From NCBI GenBank assembly GCA_029934065.1, contig JAOZMX010000001.1, forward strand, positions 2,305-66,304: a DNA stretch of 64,000 bases. The letters run 5' to 3'. The notes under the pieces were generated by a model. The model ran no database searches, was not told the DNA's origin, and was given only the letters and a program-made list of their open reading frames with translations. A program made the position numbers and the translations under genes. Origin of the DNA: Bacteroidales bacterium (lineage in GTDB: Bacteria > Bacteroidota > Bacteroidia > Bacteroidales > 4484-276). Positions 18,677 through 27,437 of this stretch are shown piece by piece (the first letter of the stretch is position 1; each line of letters begins with the position of its first letter).

Positions 18677-21600
18677 TTATTTACCCAAAATGATTTTCCT
18701 GGTAACCGAAAAACTCTCGCCTTCAATTTTAAAATAATAGATACCTGAAGGCAATCCGGAAACGTTGAACCGGACAGTGTGTTTGTCGCCGGAACGAAGC
18801 AGGTTGGATTGGATATAATCGTGGATTTTCTGTCCGTAAGCATTGTACAGACTGATTGTAACTTCCTTGCTGTTGTAGGCAAGATATTCAACCGTTACAT
18901 TTTCGCTTGCGGGATTAGGATAAATGTTGATGGATTCTTCAAACTGATATTCTTCAATATTCATCGGCTGGAAGAAAACCACATTGGAAGGTTCCGAAGA
19001 ACATCCGTAAACGTTGGTGACGATGGTGTAATAATTTCCTGTCTGTCCCGGAGCATAGATCTGATTTGTAGCACCGGGGATCATTCCGTTATCGTCATAC
19101 CACTGGTTGCCAGTGGGAGAGCTTGAAATCAAACTGTCTCCAACTTGTGTAATGGTAGGTGTTTCGGGTTTTTCATTAACGATAACCGTGATCTGATCGG
19201 TTGTTTGTTCGCTGCTTACCTGATCGGTAACCGTTACCGTATAAGTGGTGGTTTCCTCGGGAGTGGCAACCGGATTTTGAATCGTCGGGTCGCTTAACCC
19301 TGTTTCGGGTGTCCACTGGTAGGTATAATTTCCGGAGCCTCCGGAAACCTGTGCATTCAATTGTGATGATTCTTCTTCACAAATCTCTTCGGGATCTGCT
19401 GTGGCATTACAATTCATCGTTCCCGGATTAAGAATTTCAAAGAATTCAAGGTATTGTTCCATCAGGTCCACCTGGTTATCCGTAGATGACAATCCGCCGA
19501 ATTCAAACGAAGCACCAACTGTTTTGTATCCGCCCGCATCGTTGGATACTGCACAACCGTAAAGAGGATTGGTGTTGTTAAAGATCAACACACCGGTTCC
19601 TGTAGCTTCAAGGTGGTCAATCCAGTTGTTGTCGCCGGTATAGTTAAAGGTCATTCCTTCGGTCATTGTTCCGGTAACACCTTCAATGGTGGAGAGGTCT
19701 CCTGAACCGTCTTCGGTACCGTTAATGCCAAACATAGCATGTACTGCGGTTTGGTTATCGTAATACCAAGTGTCTCCGCCTTCCATATAAAGCATGCCGC
19801 CATTATCGAGGTAATCGGCCAACAACTGACCTTCTTCAGCGGTAAGCACGTAATTGTCGCTGTAGATACCAAGGCAAACAAAGATTGAGGAATAGAGGTT
19901 GAGGTCGTCCGGGAATGAGGTTGTAATTTCCGATGAAACGCCCAATTCATCTATTGCATCATAGATATAGCTGGCTGAATTATTGTTTTCATCCAGATCA
20001 ACAATCAGCACCGGAATTTGTCCGATGACTACATTGAATTCGCCTTCGGCGGTAATGCCCATATCGGCATTGATGGCCACATTGAGAGATACGATCTGTC
20101 CTGCAGGTGTTGTTTCACTGGCGGTAACTTCAAAAGTGGCTGTGCCCGTTTCATTGGGGCTGATGTCGCCAATGGTTTGCGGATCGGTGGAAATGGTGAG
20201 GAATGTACTTGATGTGGTCAGATCGCAAATGACATTGTAAGCATCGGCAGAGCCGGTATTTTTAATCAAAAGTGTGATTTCAGCCGTCTCACCCGGGTCA
20301 ATTTTTCCGTTGTTGTTTCCTGTGGGGTCGCTGATGCTAAAGTCAACAAACTCCAATACCGGGGCATGTGCTTTGATGCTAAAACTGCTTGTCCAAACAT
20401 CATTCCCGTCGGTTGCATCAATAGTACAGGGGATACCGTACATATCGGGAACATCTTCGGCGAGTGTCAGGCCAAATACATCGGCAAGGGTGACCACTTC
20501 ATCGGGTTCGATATCGCCCAAATTTGCAGAATTATTGTTGATGGTCAAGTAATCATCATCACTCGAAAGTGTAAGGGTGACATTCGTTCCGGGATCCTGA
20601 CCAAGATTTTTCATCGAAACATCCAGGCTGAACGTTTCGCCGTAATCTGCCATCCCGTTGTTATTTCCGTTGGCGTCGTTAATTTCGTAATCATCCAGCA
20701 ATACATAAGCTCCTTCGGGAGAAGCAACCAAAACGGTTCCGATGTACGGTTTTTTGTTTTGTCCGGTGATGACAACATCGGCTTGTCCGGGAACGCTGAT
20801 GGGCGGGTCAAAAGTAATTTCGGCCATGCCTGATTCGTCAGCCATTCCCGTGCCGTAAAGCACACCGTCTTTAGAGATGGCTACATACGAATAAGGATCG
20901 GTTGTTACCGTAAAAGTCAGTGAGCCAAGCGGCATTAAACCTGCATAGTTGGCTGTCGCATCAGGCGGCTCGGAATAATAATTCATTAAGGAAGGGTCAC
21001 CCATCAGGTGGTAAATTTCCCAGTAATAAGTTTCGTTGCTGCTGCCCGATTGTGTAACGGCAAGGTTTCCGCCCGAAACGACCTGGTCTTGCGTGATGTA
21101 CCAATCGTCCAGTGTAAAGCCTTCCCTGTCGTGGAACAAACGGTCGTATGCTCCGAGATGGTCGTAATTGTAAGGCGGATTAGCAGAAACACTTTCAAAT
21201 CCGACACCCCACCAGTAGTCTTCGTCCCACAATGTGCTGTTCGAACCGCCGATGTATCCAAGGGCTCCTTTGTTGGCAGCCCTTAAAATCTCTTCCCCGA
21301 AGCATGTTGTCTGGAATTCTACCGAGGAGCAGCAGTTGCCGATCATCAAAGGATATTTATGGTCGTTGGTCAGGGAAGGAATATCGCTGATCACAAAACT
21401 TGGGTCTGCCCAACCGCTCGGGCTGCAGTGTGCCGTGTAATTTGCAAAAGTTACACCATCCGATATGTTTTGATGAATGTTTTGAGAATAGTTGCCGCCG
21501 CCCGGTTCGGGTTGAAGGTAGGTGTAAGAATAAATTCCGTGTTCTTCGTTGAAATAGTATTCCGTTCCGTAGTTGATCTGTCCGTTACCCCATGTTGATG

Positions 21601-22801
21601 AGTGCGAAGCATCGGCTCCGGCAACCATCACCACGTAATTCAGGAACGACGGATCGGGGAAAAGATATTGTTCGTATTCTAAAGTTTTGTCAATTTGCGG
21701 TTGAAGCTGGCTGAGATTATTGGCCGAAAATCTTCCGTAAAAAGCCTCGGGGAAAATATCGTTGGTGTATTCGCAGTAGTAAAGGTCAGTAACGTGTCCT
21801 CCTGCCGTACCGTTGAATGTAGGAACTTGATCCACATCACCGACAATCAGTACAAAACTCTGCGGATTGTAACCATCCGGCGGGTTCTCATAAAAATCTT
21901 TCAGATAATTTTTGATACTTGTGGTCGTCGTACCAACATTGGGATCGTCGGTGTATGCCTCTACGACTTTAAATCCTTTTTTGGTTTTCCATTGGATAAA
22001 TGGCTGCAAAGGAGCTTCAAACATCGGGTCGGAAACAATGATCATCGTAACCGGAGAGTCCTGGATCAGCTCACGGTTGGGCAGCGGCTTGTAGTTGTAA
22101 AGCAACTGACCGATGCCTTTGAAATACCTGTTGGTCTTTGATTCTTTCAATGCAATGGTCTCGGCTACATTGGCATCCTTGAAACTGATCTCGACCTGAA
22201 TGTTTTCGTAAACGCGGATCATGTTTTTCACAGGATTGTAAAGTACCGGAGCAATTTCAAGGCGGGCCATTTTCACTCCGCGCATGATGCCCAGTTCAAC
22301 AACCTTAACCAATTTGCCTCCCTGCAAAGCATCCGTACCGTAAACAATCTGATCGATCTCAAAAGGAATTTGCGAAGGGTCGGTGATGTTTTTGGGTACC
22401 GAGGGCTGTGCCGGAAAAATACGATGTTTAATTCCGATATCCGCCAGATTATAATCTTTGTAAGACTGGCTTGTGATCGTGATTTCAATATTGGATTGCA
22501 GTGGTATCTCGATCAGTTTTTTGATCACCGGTAGTTTGGGGCTGCCGATTTCCATCGAATAGCCGTATCCGTCAATTCTGATCTGACTAAAATCTCCTTC
22601 TGAAGACTTTACGTTGAAAGCCTTCAATTCCGAAACCGTGTTTTCAAGGCTGAGATTAGTGTATTCATTGGTCAGGATTTTGAGTTGTGTGCCCTGATCG
22701 TTAAGTTGAATGGTTTGTCCGTAAGCAACAAATGCTCCGGATAAGAAAGCCATTATTGTCATTAACGTGATGAGCCCGGCTCTGTTTGTAAAATTTTTCA
22801 T
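18677..22801 (-). CDS. peptidase C25 (gingipain-like) multidomain protein with T9SS type-A CTD
   Basis: About 1374 aa from the ATG at 22801 (MKNFTNRAGLITLMTIMAFLSGAFVAYGQ). Has a propeptide region (GSPKLPV). His and Cys contexts are NYTAHCSPSGW and LMIGNCCSSVEF. C-terminus reads INIYPNPASENVTVEY...GIYYFKIEG...RKIILGK. Confidence 0.85.
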   Translation of the reverse strand: MKNFTNRAGLITLMTIMAFLSGAFVAYGQTIQLNDQGTQLKILTNEYTNLSLENTVSELKAFNVKSSEGDFSQIRIDGYGYSMEIGSPKLPVIKKLIEIPLQSNIEITITSQSYKDYNLADIGIKHRIFPAQPSVPKNITDPSQIPFEIDQIVYGTDALQGGKLVKVVELGIMRGVKMARLEIAPVLYNPVKNMIRVYENIQVEISFKDANVAETIALKESKTNRYFKGIGQLLYNYKPLPNRELIQDSPVTMIIVSDPMFEAPLQPFIQWKTKKGFKVVEAYTDDPNVGTTTTSIKNYLKDFYENPPDGYNPQSFVLIVGDVDQVPTFNGTAGGHVTDLYYCEYTNDIFPEAFYGRFSANNLSQLQPQIDKTLEYEQYLFPDPSFLNYVVMVAGADASHSSTWGNGQINYGTEYYFNEEHGIYSYTYLQPEPGGGNYSQNIHQNISDGVTFANYTAHCSPSGWADPSFVISDIPSLTNDHKYPLMIGNCCSSVEFQTTCFGEEILRAANKGALGYIGGSNSTLWDEDYWWGVGFESVSANPPYNYDHLGAYDRLFHDREGFTLDDWYITQDQVVSGGNLAVTQSGSSNETYYWEIYHLMGDPSLMNYYSEPPDATANYAGLMPLGSLTFTVTTDPYSYVAISKDGVLYGTGMADESGMAEITFDPPISVPGQADVVITGQNKKPYIGTVLVASPEGAYVLLDDYEINDANGNNNGMADYGETFSLDVSMKNLGQDPGTNVTLTLSSDDDYLTINNNSANLGDIEPDEVVTLADVFGLTLAEDVPDMYGIPCTIDATDGNDVWTSSFSIKAHAPVLEFVDFSISDPTGNNNGKIDPGETAEITLLIKNTGSADAYNVICDLTTSSTFLTISTDPQTIGDISPNETGTATFEVTASETTPAGQIVSLNVAINADMGITAEGEFNVVIGQIPVLIVDLDENNNSASYIYDAIDELGVSSEITTSFPDDLNLYSSIFVCLGIYSDNYVLTAEEGQLLADYLDNGGMLYMEGGDTWYYDNQTAVHAMFGINGTEDGSGDLSTIEGVTGTMTEGMTFNYTGDNNWIDHLEATGTGVLIFNNTNPLYGCAVSNDAGGYKTVGASFEFGGLSSTDNQVDLMEQYLEFFEILNPGTMNCNATADPEEICEEESSQLNAQVSGGSGNYTYQWTPETGLSDPTIQNPVATPEETTTYTVTVTDQVSSEQTTDQITVIVNEKPETPTITQVGDSLISSSPTGNQWYDDNGMIPGATNQIYAPGQTGNYYTIVTNVYGCSSEPSNVVFFQPMNIEEYQFEESINIYPNPASENVTVEYLAYNSKEVTISLYNAYGQKIHDYIQSNLLRSGDKHTVRFNVSGLPSGIYYFKIEGESFSVTRKIILGK

Positions 22802-22861
22802 TTGCTTAAGTAATTTACTATTAGTTCTTAAATTAATATGATTTGATTCAAAAAAAGTGCA

Positions 22862-22869
22862 CAAAATTA
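22862..22869 (-). promoter_or_regulatory. -7 box TAatTTTG upstream of the second C25 peptidase
   Basis: The minus strand reads TAATTTTG, 61 nt upstream of the ATG at 22801. This supports the shorter start. Confidence 0.4.
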
Positions 22870-23056
22870 ACGAAATTTTTTTATTTAACCTAATTATGTT
22901 GACATCATGATTTTTCTTCATGCTGCGAACTTTTTCCGTACAAAATGGGAAGACACATTGCATTTTAAATGGTTGCCTGATATGACGTAAAAGAAAAAAA
23001 ATTCGGATTTGTTGCCGGGTAACTAGAAATTTCATTATTAACCCGACAAAAAATCA

Positions 23057-24256
23057 TCAACTGAGCTTTTGGTGGAGGTATTTTCCGGAAATCTGTTTTA
23101 CGGGATACCAGGCTGCTGCAAAACCGATTGTAACGACGGTGACAAAAACGGCTACAAAATCTTTGAGTTTTAGCTGCACGGGATAGGCGTCCACCACAAA
23201 TGTTCCGGTATCACTGCCGAGCGAAATAAATCCGAATTTCTGTTGCAGGATACTCACAACGGCACCAAGCATAAGCCCCGTAAGCGCTCCGCCGATAGAG
23301 ATCATAATGCCTTCGGACATGAAAATTCTTCTGATCAGTTGATTGGTGGCTCCCATGCTGTAAAGTACGGCAATATCCTTTTTCTTGTCGAGGATAAGCA
23401 TGGTCAGCGATCCGATCACATTAAAAGTGGCGATGATCAGGATAAAAGTGAGGATGAGGTAAATGGCCCATTTTTCCGATTTCATCACCTTGTAAAGCAA
23501 GGCCTGCTGTTCAAAACGGTTTTTTACCAGATAGTCCGGTCCCAGGAGATTTTTGATTTTTTCTTTAATCGCATCGGTATCCGTTCCGGGGCGGAGTCCG
23601 ATCTCCACGGCAGTCACCTCGTCGGTGTAATCCAGCAACTGACGGGCAAAATTGATGGGAACGATGGTGTATTTTGTATCGAAATCCTGTTGAATGGAAA
23701 AGACCCCCGAAGGGAAGATTTTTTTTATGTTGAAGGCTTTTTCGATGTTCATGCTCATTTTTCCTTTCCGGCGCGGAACATACACCGACACCGGGTTGAG
23801 CAGGTCGTGAAGTCCCGCATTCAGAAAATAGGCTACCCCGGCTCCCATCACCATTTTCGGGATGTTGCCGGAATGCAAAACGAACTCCCCGTCAATGAGC
23901 ATGGTATCCAGACCGCTCATTTGCTCGAAATCATCACTCACCCCTTTGATGGTGGCAATGTATTGCTTGTTGCGGTATTTCAATAGCGCATTCTCTTCCA
24001 CAACCTGTGTCATCACATAAACGCCGGGTATCTCCCGGATGGAATCGGCCGGAAATGTGGTGTAATGAAAAGTCTTTCCTTTGGCCACGGTGATGGACAG
24101 ATCGGGATTGAAAGTATTGAAAAGTGACGTGATCAGGCTTTCGAATCCGTTGAAGACCGAAAGCACAATGATAAGCGCCATGGTGCCGACTGTTACGCCA
24201 ACCACTGATATCGCCGAAATAACATTAATGATGTTATGCGATTTCTTGGCGAACAA
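23057..24256 (-). CDS. LolC/LolE-type FtsX-family ABC transporter permease
   Basis: Has KKSHNIINVISAISVVGVTVGTMALIIVLSVFNGFE and a C-terminal FtsX domain. The annotated start is a TTG, and conserved N-terminal residues lie upstream of it (see findings). Confidence 0.85.
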   Translation of the reverse strand: MFAKKSHNIINVISAISVVGVTVGTMALIIVLSVFNGFESLITSLFNTFNPDLSITVAKGKTFHYTTFPADSIREIPGVYVMTQVVEENALLKYRNKQYIATIKGVSDDFEQMSGLDTMLIDGEFVLHSGNIPKMVMGAGVAYFLNAGLHDLLNPVSVYVPRRKGKMSMNIEKAFNIKKIFPSGVFSIQQDFDTKYTIVPINFARQLLDYTDEVTAVEIGLRPGTDTDAIKEKIKNLLGPDYLVKNRFEQQALLYKVMKSEKWAIYLILTFILIIATFNVIGSLTMLILDKKKDIAVLYSMGATNQLIRRIFMSEGIMISIGGALTGLMLGAVVSILQQKFGFISLGSDTGTFVVDAYPVQLKLKDFVAVFVTVVTIGFAAAWYPVKQISGKYLHQKLS

Positions 24257-24364
24257 ATACCTGCGGGCGATATAAAACGGAAATCTTTTGATAGCTGAAA
24301 AATAGCTGTTGATTATTATAATTGAACGATGATGAGATTTTCTTCATTAAATAACATTGGTGGG

Positions 24365-25186
24365 TCATGCCCATGCTTTTACCAGCAAACCCGTGCCTGT
24401 TTTGTGTTTCAAAGTTACATCCAGTTGGTTCATCAGCAATGCAAACCAATAGGTCAGTAAATAATAGAAAGGTAAGACGATATAAAATATCCTCGAACTG
24501 TTGAGCATCAGGATGGGATATTTCATGGATAATTTCCATGAGATTTTTCCCGGCCATCCGTAAGTGTAATGTGCCTCCGAACGGCTGAATCCGGCTTTTT
24601 TCAGTTTTTCCCGGATTTCGTTGATGTTGTACCCGTCACGCACGTGTTCGTCAACAAACGATTCCGAACCGTCGTTGTCATGTTCGTGATGATGCACGTC
24701 AGACCCTCCCTGGTCCGACGGAGTGGATATGATCAGCATCCCTCCGTCTTTCAGCGATTTTTTGAAATTTTCAAAAACCTTCACATCCTCTTCAATGTGT
24801 TCCATCACATCCACCGAAAGGATCATGTCAAAACGCTTTTCGCGTACAAATTGTGTAAGGTCGGCATATTCGAAGGATACGTTTCCAAGGCCTGTTTTTT
24901 CGAAGAAAGTTCTGCAATCTTCGATCTGCTCGGTTTTGACGTCAACGCCGAGGATTTGCCAGTTGGGGTGTTTTCGGGCCATGAAGTACGTGTACTGCCC
25001 GAATCCCGACCCTGCATCCAGGACTGAAAATTTTTTCCCTTCCGTGTCCCCGATTTGTTTCAGGGCTTTTTTAACATGCCACGTTCGCAAAAGCAGCAAA
25101 TCCAGCAAACGGTAAAAAAACTTTCTTCTCCGGGGAGTTTTGTTAAATGCTTTTCCCAGGCCTTTTTTAATGGGGTCGTATTGCAT
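24365..25186 (-). CDS. class I SAM-dependent methyltransferase with hydrophobic C-terminal tail
   Basis: Has the SAM motif I (VLDAGSGFGQYT) and post-I/II motifs. The C-terminal ~70 aa are hydrophobic (IFYIVLPFYYLLTYWFALLM). Confidence 0.8.
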   Translation of the reverse strand: MQYDPIKKGLGKAFNKTPRRRKFFYRLLDLLLLRTWHVKKALKQIGDTEGKKFSVLDAGSGFGQYTYFMARKHPNWQILGVDVKTEQIEDCRTFFEKTGLGNVSFEYADLTQFVREKRFDMILSVDVMEHIEEDVKVFENFKKSLKDGGMLIISTPSDQGGSDVHHHEHDNDGSESFVDEHVRDGYNINEIREKLKKAGFSRSEAHYTYGWPGKISWKLSMKYPILMLNSSRIFYIVLPFYYLLTYWFALLMNQLDVTLKHKTGTGLLVKAWA

Positions 25187-25201
25187 GATTTCGATTTAAG
25201 G

Positions 25202-25540
25202 TTATTCGTCGAGCAGGTTGTCAATTTTTTCGATGTAGTCCAGCGAATCATCTTCGAAAAATTCAAGTTCGGGAATTTGCCGTACCTGGTTTCTGATTCG
25301 TTTACCAAGCTGATACCTGATTTCGCCGGTATGCAACTTAATGCTTTCCAGCAGAGCGGCCTTGTCGTCGGTGGCAAAAAGGCTCAAATAAACCCGTGCA
25401 ATGGAAATATCGCGTGTAACATTTACCTTGGTCACAGTGATCATGGCACCGCCGAATTTGCCTTTTGCTTCTCGCTGGAAGATGTCTCCCAATTCCCGTT
25501 GTAGCATTCTTGCTACTTTTAGCTGTCTTTGTGATTCCAT
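25202..25540 (-). CDS. rbfA: ribosome-binding factor A
   Basis: 112 aa with RQLKVARMLQRELGDIF and VTRDISIARVYLS, the typical RbfA KH-like fold signature. Confidence 0.9.
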   Translation of the reverse strand: MESQRQLKVARMLQRELGDIFQREAKGKFGGAMITVTKVNVTRDISIARVYLSLFATDDKAALLESIKLHTGEIRYQLGKRIRNQVRQIPELEFFEDDSLDYIEKIDNLLDE

Positions 25541-25562
25541 GGCGACAAAATTATATAAAGTT

Positions 25563-26609
25563 TTACTTCAGATGATAAACCCGTTTAATCCAATGGGGAA
25601 GTACCAGTGCCCCGATAATGATATATGGGTAATAGCTTAACATACGCCAGAGCAGTGCCAGTGCGGGGGTGAGCCCCGGAGTGATGAATTCGCCGAGAAA
25701 ATCGGAAAAAAGAAATTCGGCTACCCCGCTGCTGCCCGGTGTGGGGCTGATGAGCAGGATCACCCACATCACAAGCTGACGGGCATAGATCAGAAAATGC
25801 TGCCCTACAGGCGTGATGGAAAGAATCAGGAAATTGACTACCCAAAACCGGGCTGTCCATGAAAAAAAAGTGGCGAAATATGCCAGCACCCAAAACTTAA
25901 ACGGCTTATGTTTCAACTCTTTTGAAGTGGTGATGATGTCATCTCCGGCCTGTGCCGCCTGATGCCGCCATTTGCGGAGAAAAGAGAGCTTGAAGACCCG
26001 GAGCAAAATCCACTTGAACCCCCGCGGCCGGATGAAAACCCCGTAGGAAATGATTACGGTCAACAGAAAAATAAAAGCATATCCGATAAAAAAGACTCCT
26101 TCCATTTCCAGCCGCCCGTTTATAAAATAACTGTTGGTGCTCGTAAACAGTTTTTGCGATCCGACGAAAAGATACAACAGCGGCACCATGGTAATGTAAA
26201 AAAGCTCGTCGAGCAAGGCCGAGATCATCACAATGGCCGTTGACTTTCCCGGGCTGATGCCTTCTTTGGTGACGATGTAAAGTGCTGCGGCCGATCCCCC
26301 AACCACACTCGGCGTAACTGCCGAAGAAAATTCCCACAACATGATCACATCAAACGAATGGCGCCAGGTAAGCTGTTTGTCCGTCAGCAAACGGATGCGG
26401 TACATGTAGGCCACATCGCGTGTTGCCATCAGTACCACGGCAATAAAAATAAAAAGCGATGAATAATAGGTCCAGTGGATGTCATAAAAAGGTTGGGGGT
26501 TGAAATTGCGGAAAACAAGAAAAGCCACAACGCCCAGCCCGATGATCACGGGGACGATCACCCGTTTGAACTTGAAGATCTTCAGTACTTTTTTATGTTC
26601 TTCCGTCAT
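25563..26609 (-). CDS. UPF0104/LPG-synthase-TM-like (flippase-like) integral membrane protein
   Basis: A polytopic membrane protein of ~348 aa from the ATG at 26609. The family call rests on overall pattern and is uncertain. The ORF extends to 26696. Confidence 0.6.
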   Translation of the reverse strand: MTEEHKKVLKIFKFKRVIVPVIIGLGVVAFLVFRNFNPQPFYDIHWTYYSSLFIFIAVVLMATRDVAYMYRIRLLTDKQLTWRHSFDVIMLWEFSSAVTPSVVGGSAAALYIVTKEGISPGKSTAIVMISALLDELFYITMVPLLYLFVGSQKLFTSTNSYFINGRLEMEGVFFIGYAFIFLLTVIISYGVFIRPRGFKWILLRVFKLSFLRKWRHQAAQAGDDIITTSKELKHKPFKFWVLAYFATFFSWTARFWVVNFLILSITPVGQHFLIYARQLVMWVILLISPTPGSSGVAEFLFSDFLGEFITPGLTPALALLWRMLSYYPYIIIGALVLPHWIKRVYHLK

Positions 26610-26939
26610 GGCCGATGTATCATGTTTTTTTGAGCCTGCAAAAGTCCGAATAATTTTCCATTTACCAAAAGTAGTTTCAAAATCACCGGATTGCAATAAC
26701 CATTTTGCGTTACACCGCCGGTAATAACGAAAATATTTTCCCGATTGTATTTTTTAATCCGAAAGAATTATTTTGAAGAGTGAAACCGGTTATTTGCGTC
26801 ATATAGGCAGTGAATCATGTTTTTATGCGCCATATTGGCGTAAACAAGCCTTACGATTTGTGTTTTTGAGTGCTGGTATAAAAATTGAAAATCTGCGAAC
26901 AAAAAATTATCAACCAATTAAAAATAGGAGATCAAAGCT

Positions 26940-27365
26940 ATGACATTAATGAAATGGAATACCGAATCGGAATTGTCGGATTTGTTTGACAACCTTTTTG
27001 GAAATTCGTCGAAAGAGGAAATGGAGGAAAAACAATACGAATGTGCTCCTTCAACCAATATCATCGAAAAAAACGACGGATATGAATTGCACATGGCATT
27101 GCCCGGCGTTCAGAAAAAAGATGTAAAAATCAGCCTTGAGAAAAATGTGTTAAGCATTTCTTCTGATAAAAAAGCCTCCGATTCCGACGATGATGCCAAC
27201 TATACCCGCAGGGAGTTTATGTACGGAACATTTTGCCGTTCGTTTACATTACCCGAAACCATCGATACGGAAAAGATCAGTGCCGATTTCAAAAACGGGA
27301 TTTTAATAGTAAAACTCCCCAAAAAGGAAGAAACAAGGATCAGCAAACAAATTAAGATTTCGTAA
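26940..27365 (+). CDS. Hsp20/alpha-crystallin small heat-shock protein
   Basis: 141 aa with an alpha-crystallin domain (ELHMALPGVQKKDVKISLEKNVLSIS...FCRSFTLPETID...ISADFKNGILIVKLPK). Confidence 0.9.
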   Translation: MTLMKWNTESELSDLFDNLFGNSSKEEMEEKQYECAPSTNIIEKNDGYELHMALPGVQKKDVKISLEKNVLSISSDKKASDSDDDANYTRREFMYGTFCRSFTLPETIDTEKISADFKNGILIVKLPKKEETRISKQIKIS

Positions 27366-27390
27366 ATAAGCTGCTGACCCGAAAAACAAA

Positions 27391-27417
27391 AAGCCGCCCG
27401 TAAAGAGCGGCTTTTTT
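27391..27417. terminator. bidirectional terminator shared by hsp20 and the convergent wzc gene
   Basis: A 7-bp stem (AAGCCGC / GCGGCTT) is flanked by an A-rich tract on the 5' side and a T-tract on the 3' side, between convergent stop codons (27365 and 27438). Confidence 0.6.
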
Positions 27418-27437
27418 GGTTTTATCTCTTTTTTAAT

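Noticed and set aside
22802-23035. A 78-codon N-terminal extension of the second C25 peptidase ORF (MKFLVTRQQIRIFF...).
   Set aside because: The extension has no signal peptide and is AT-rich. A clean signal peptide starts at the internal ATG at 22801, and a TAATTTTG promoter box (22862-22869) lies inside the extension.
26697-26939. A possible RNA thermometer in the 243-nt hsp20 leader. There is an unusual Shine-Dalgarno-like AGGAG 9 nt before the ATG, and a CGCCA-TAT-TGGCG palindrome.
   Set aside because: I found no complementary CUCCU or U-rich anti-SD segment positioned to occlude the AGGAG, and the palindrome is only 5 bp per arm. This is not enough evidence to call a regulatory element.
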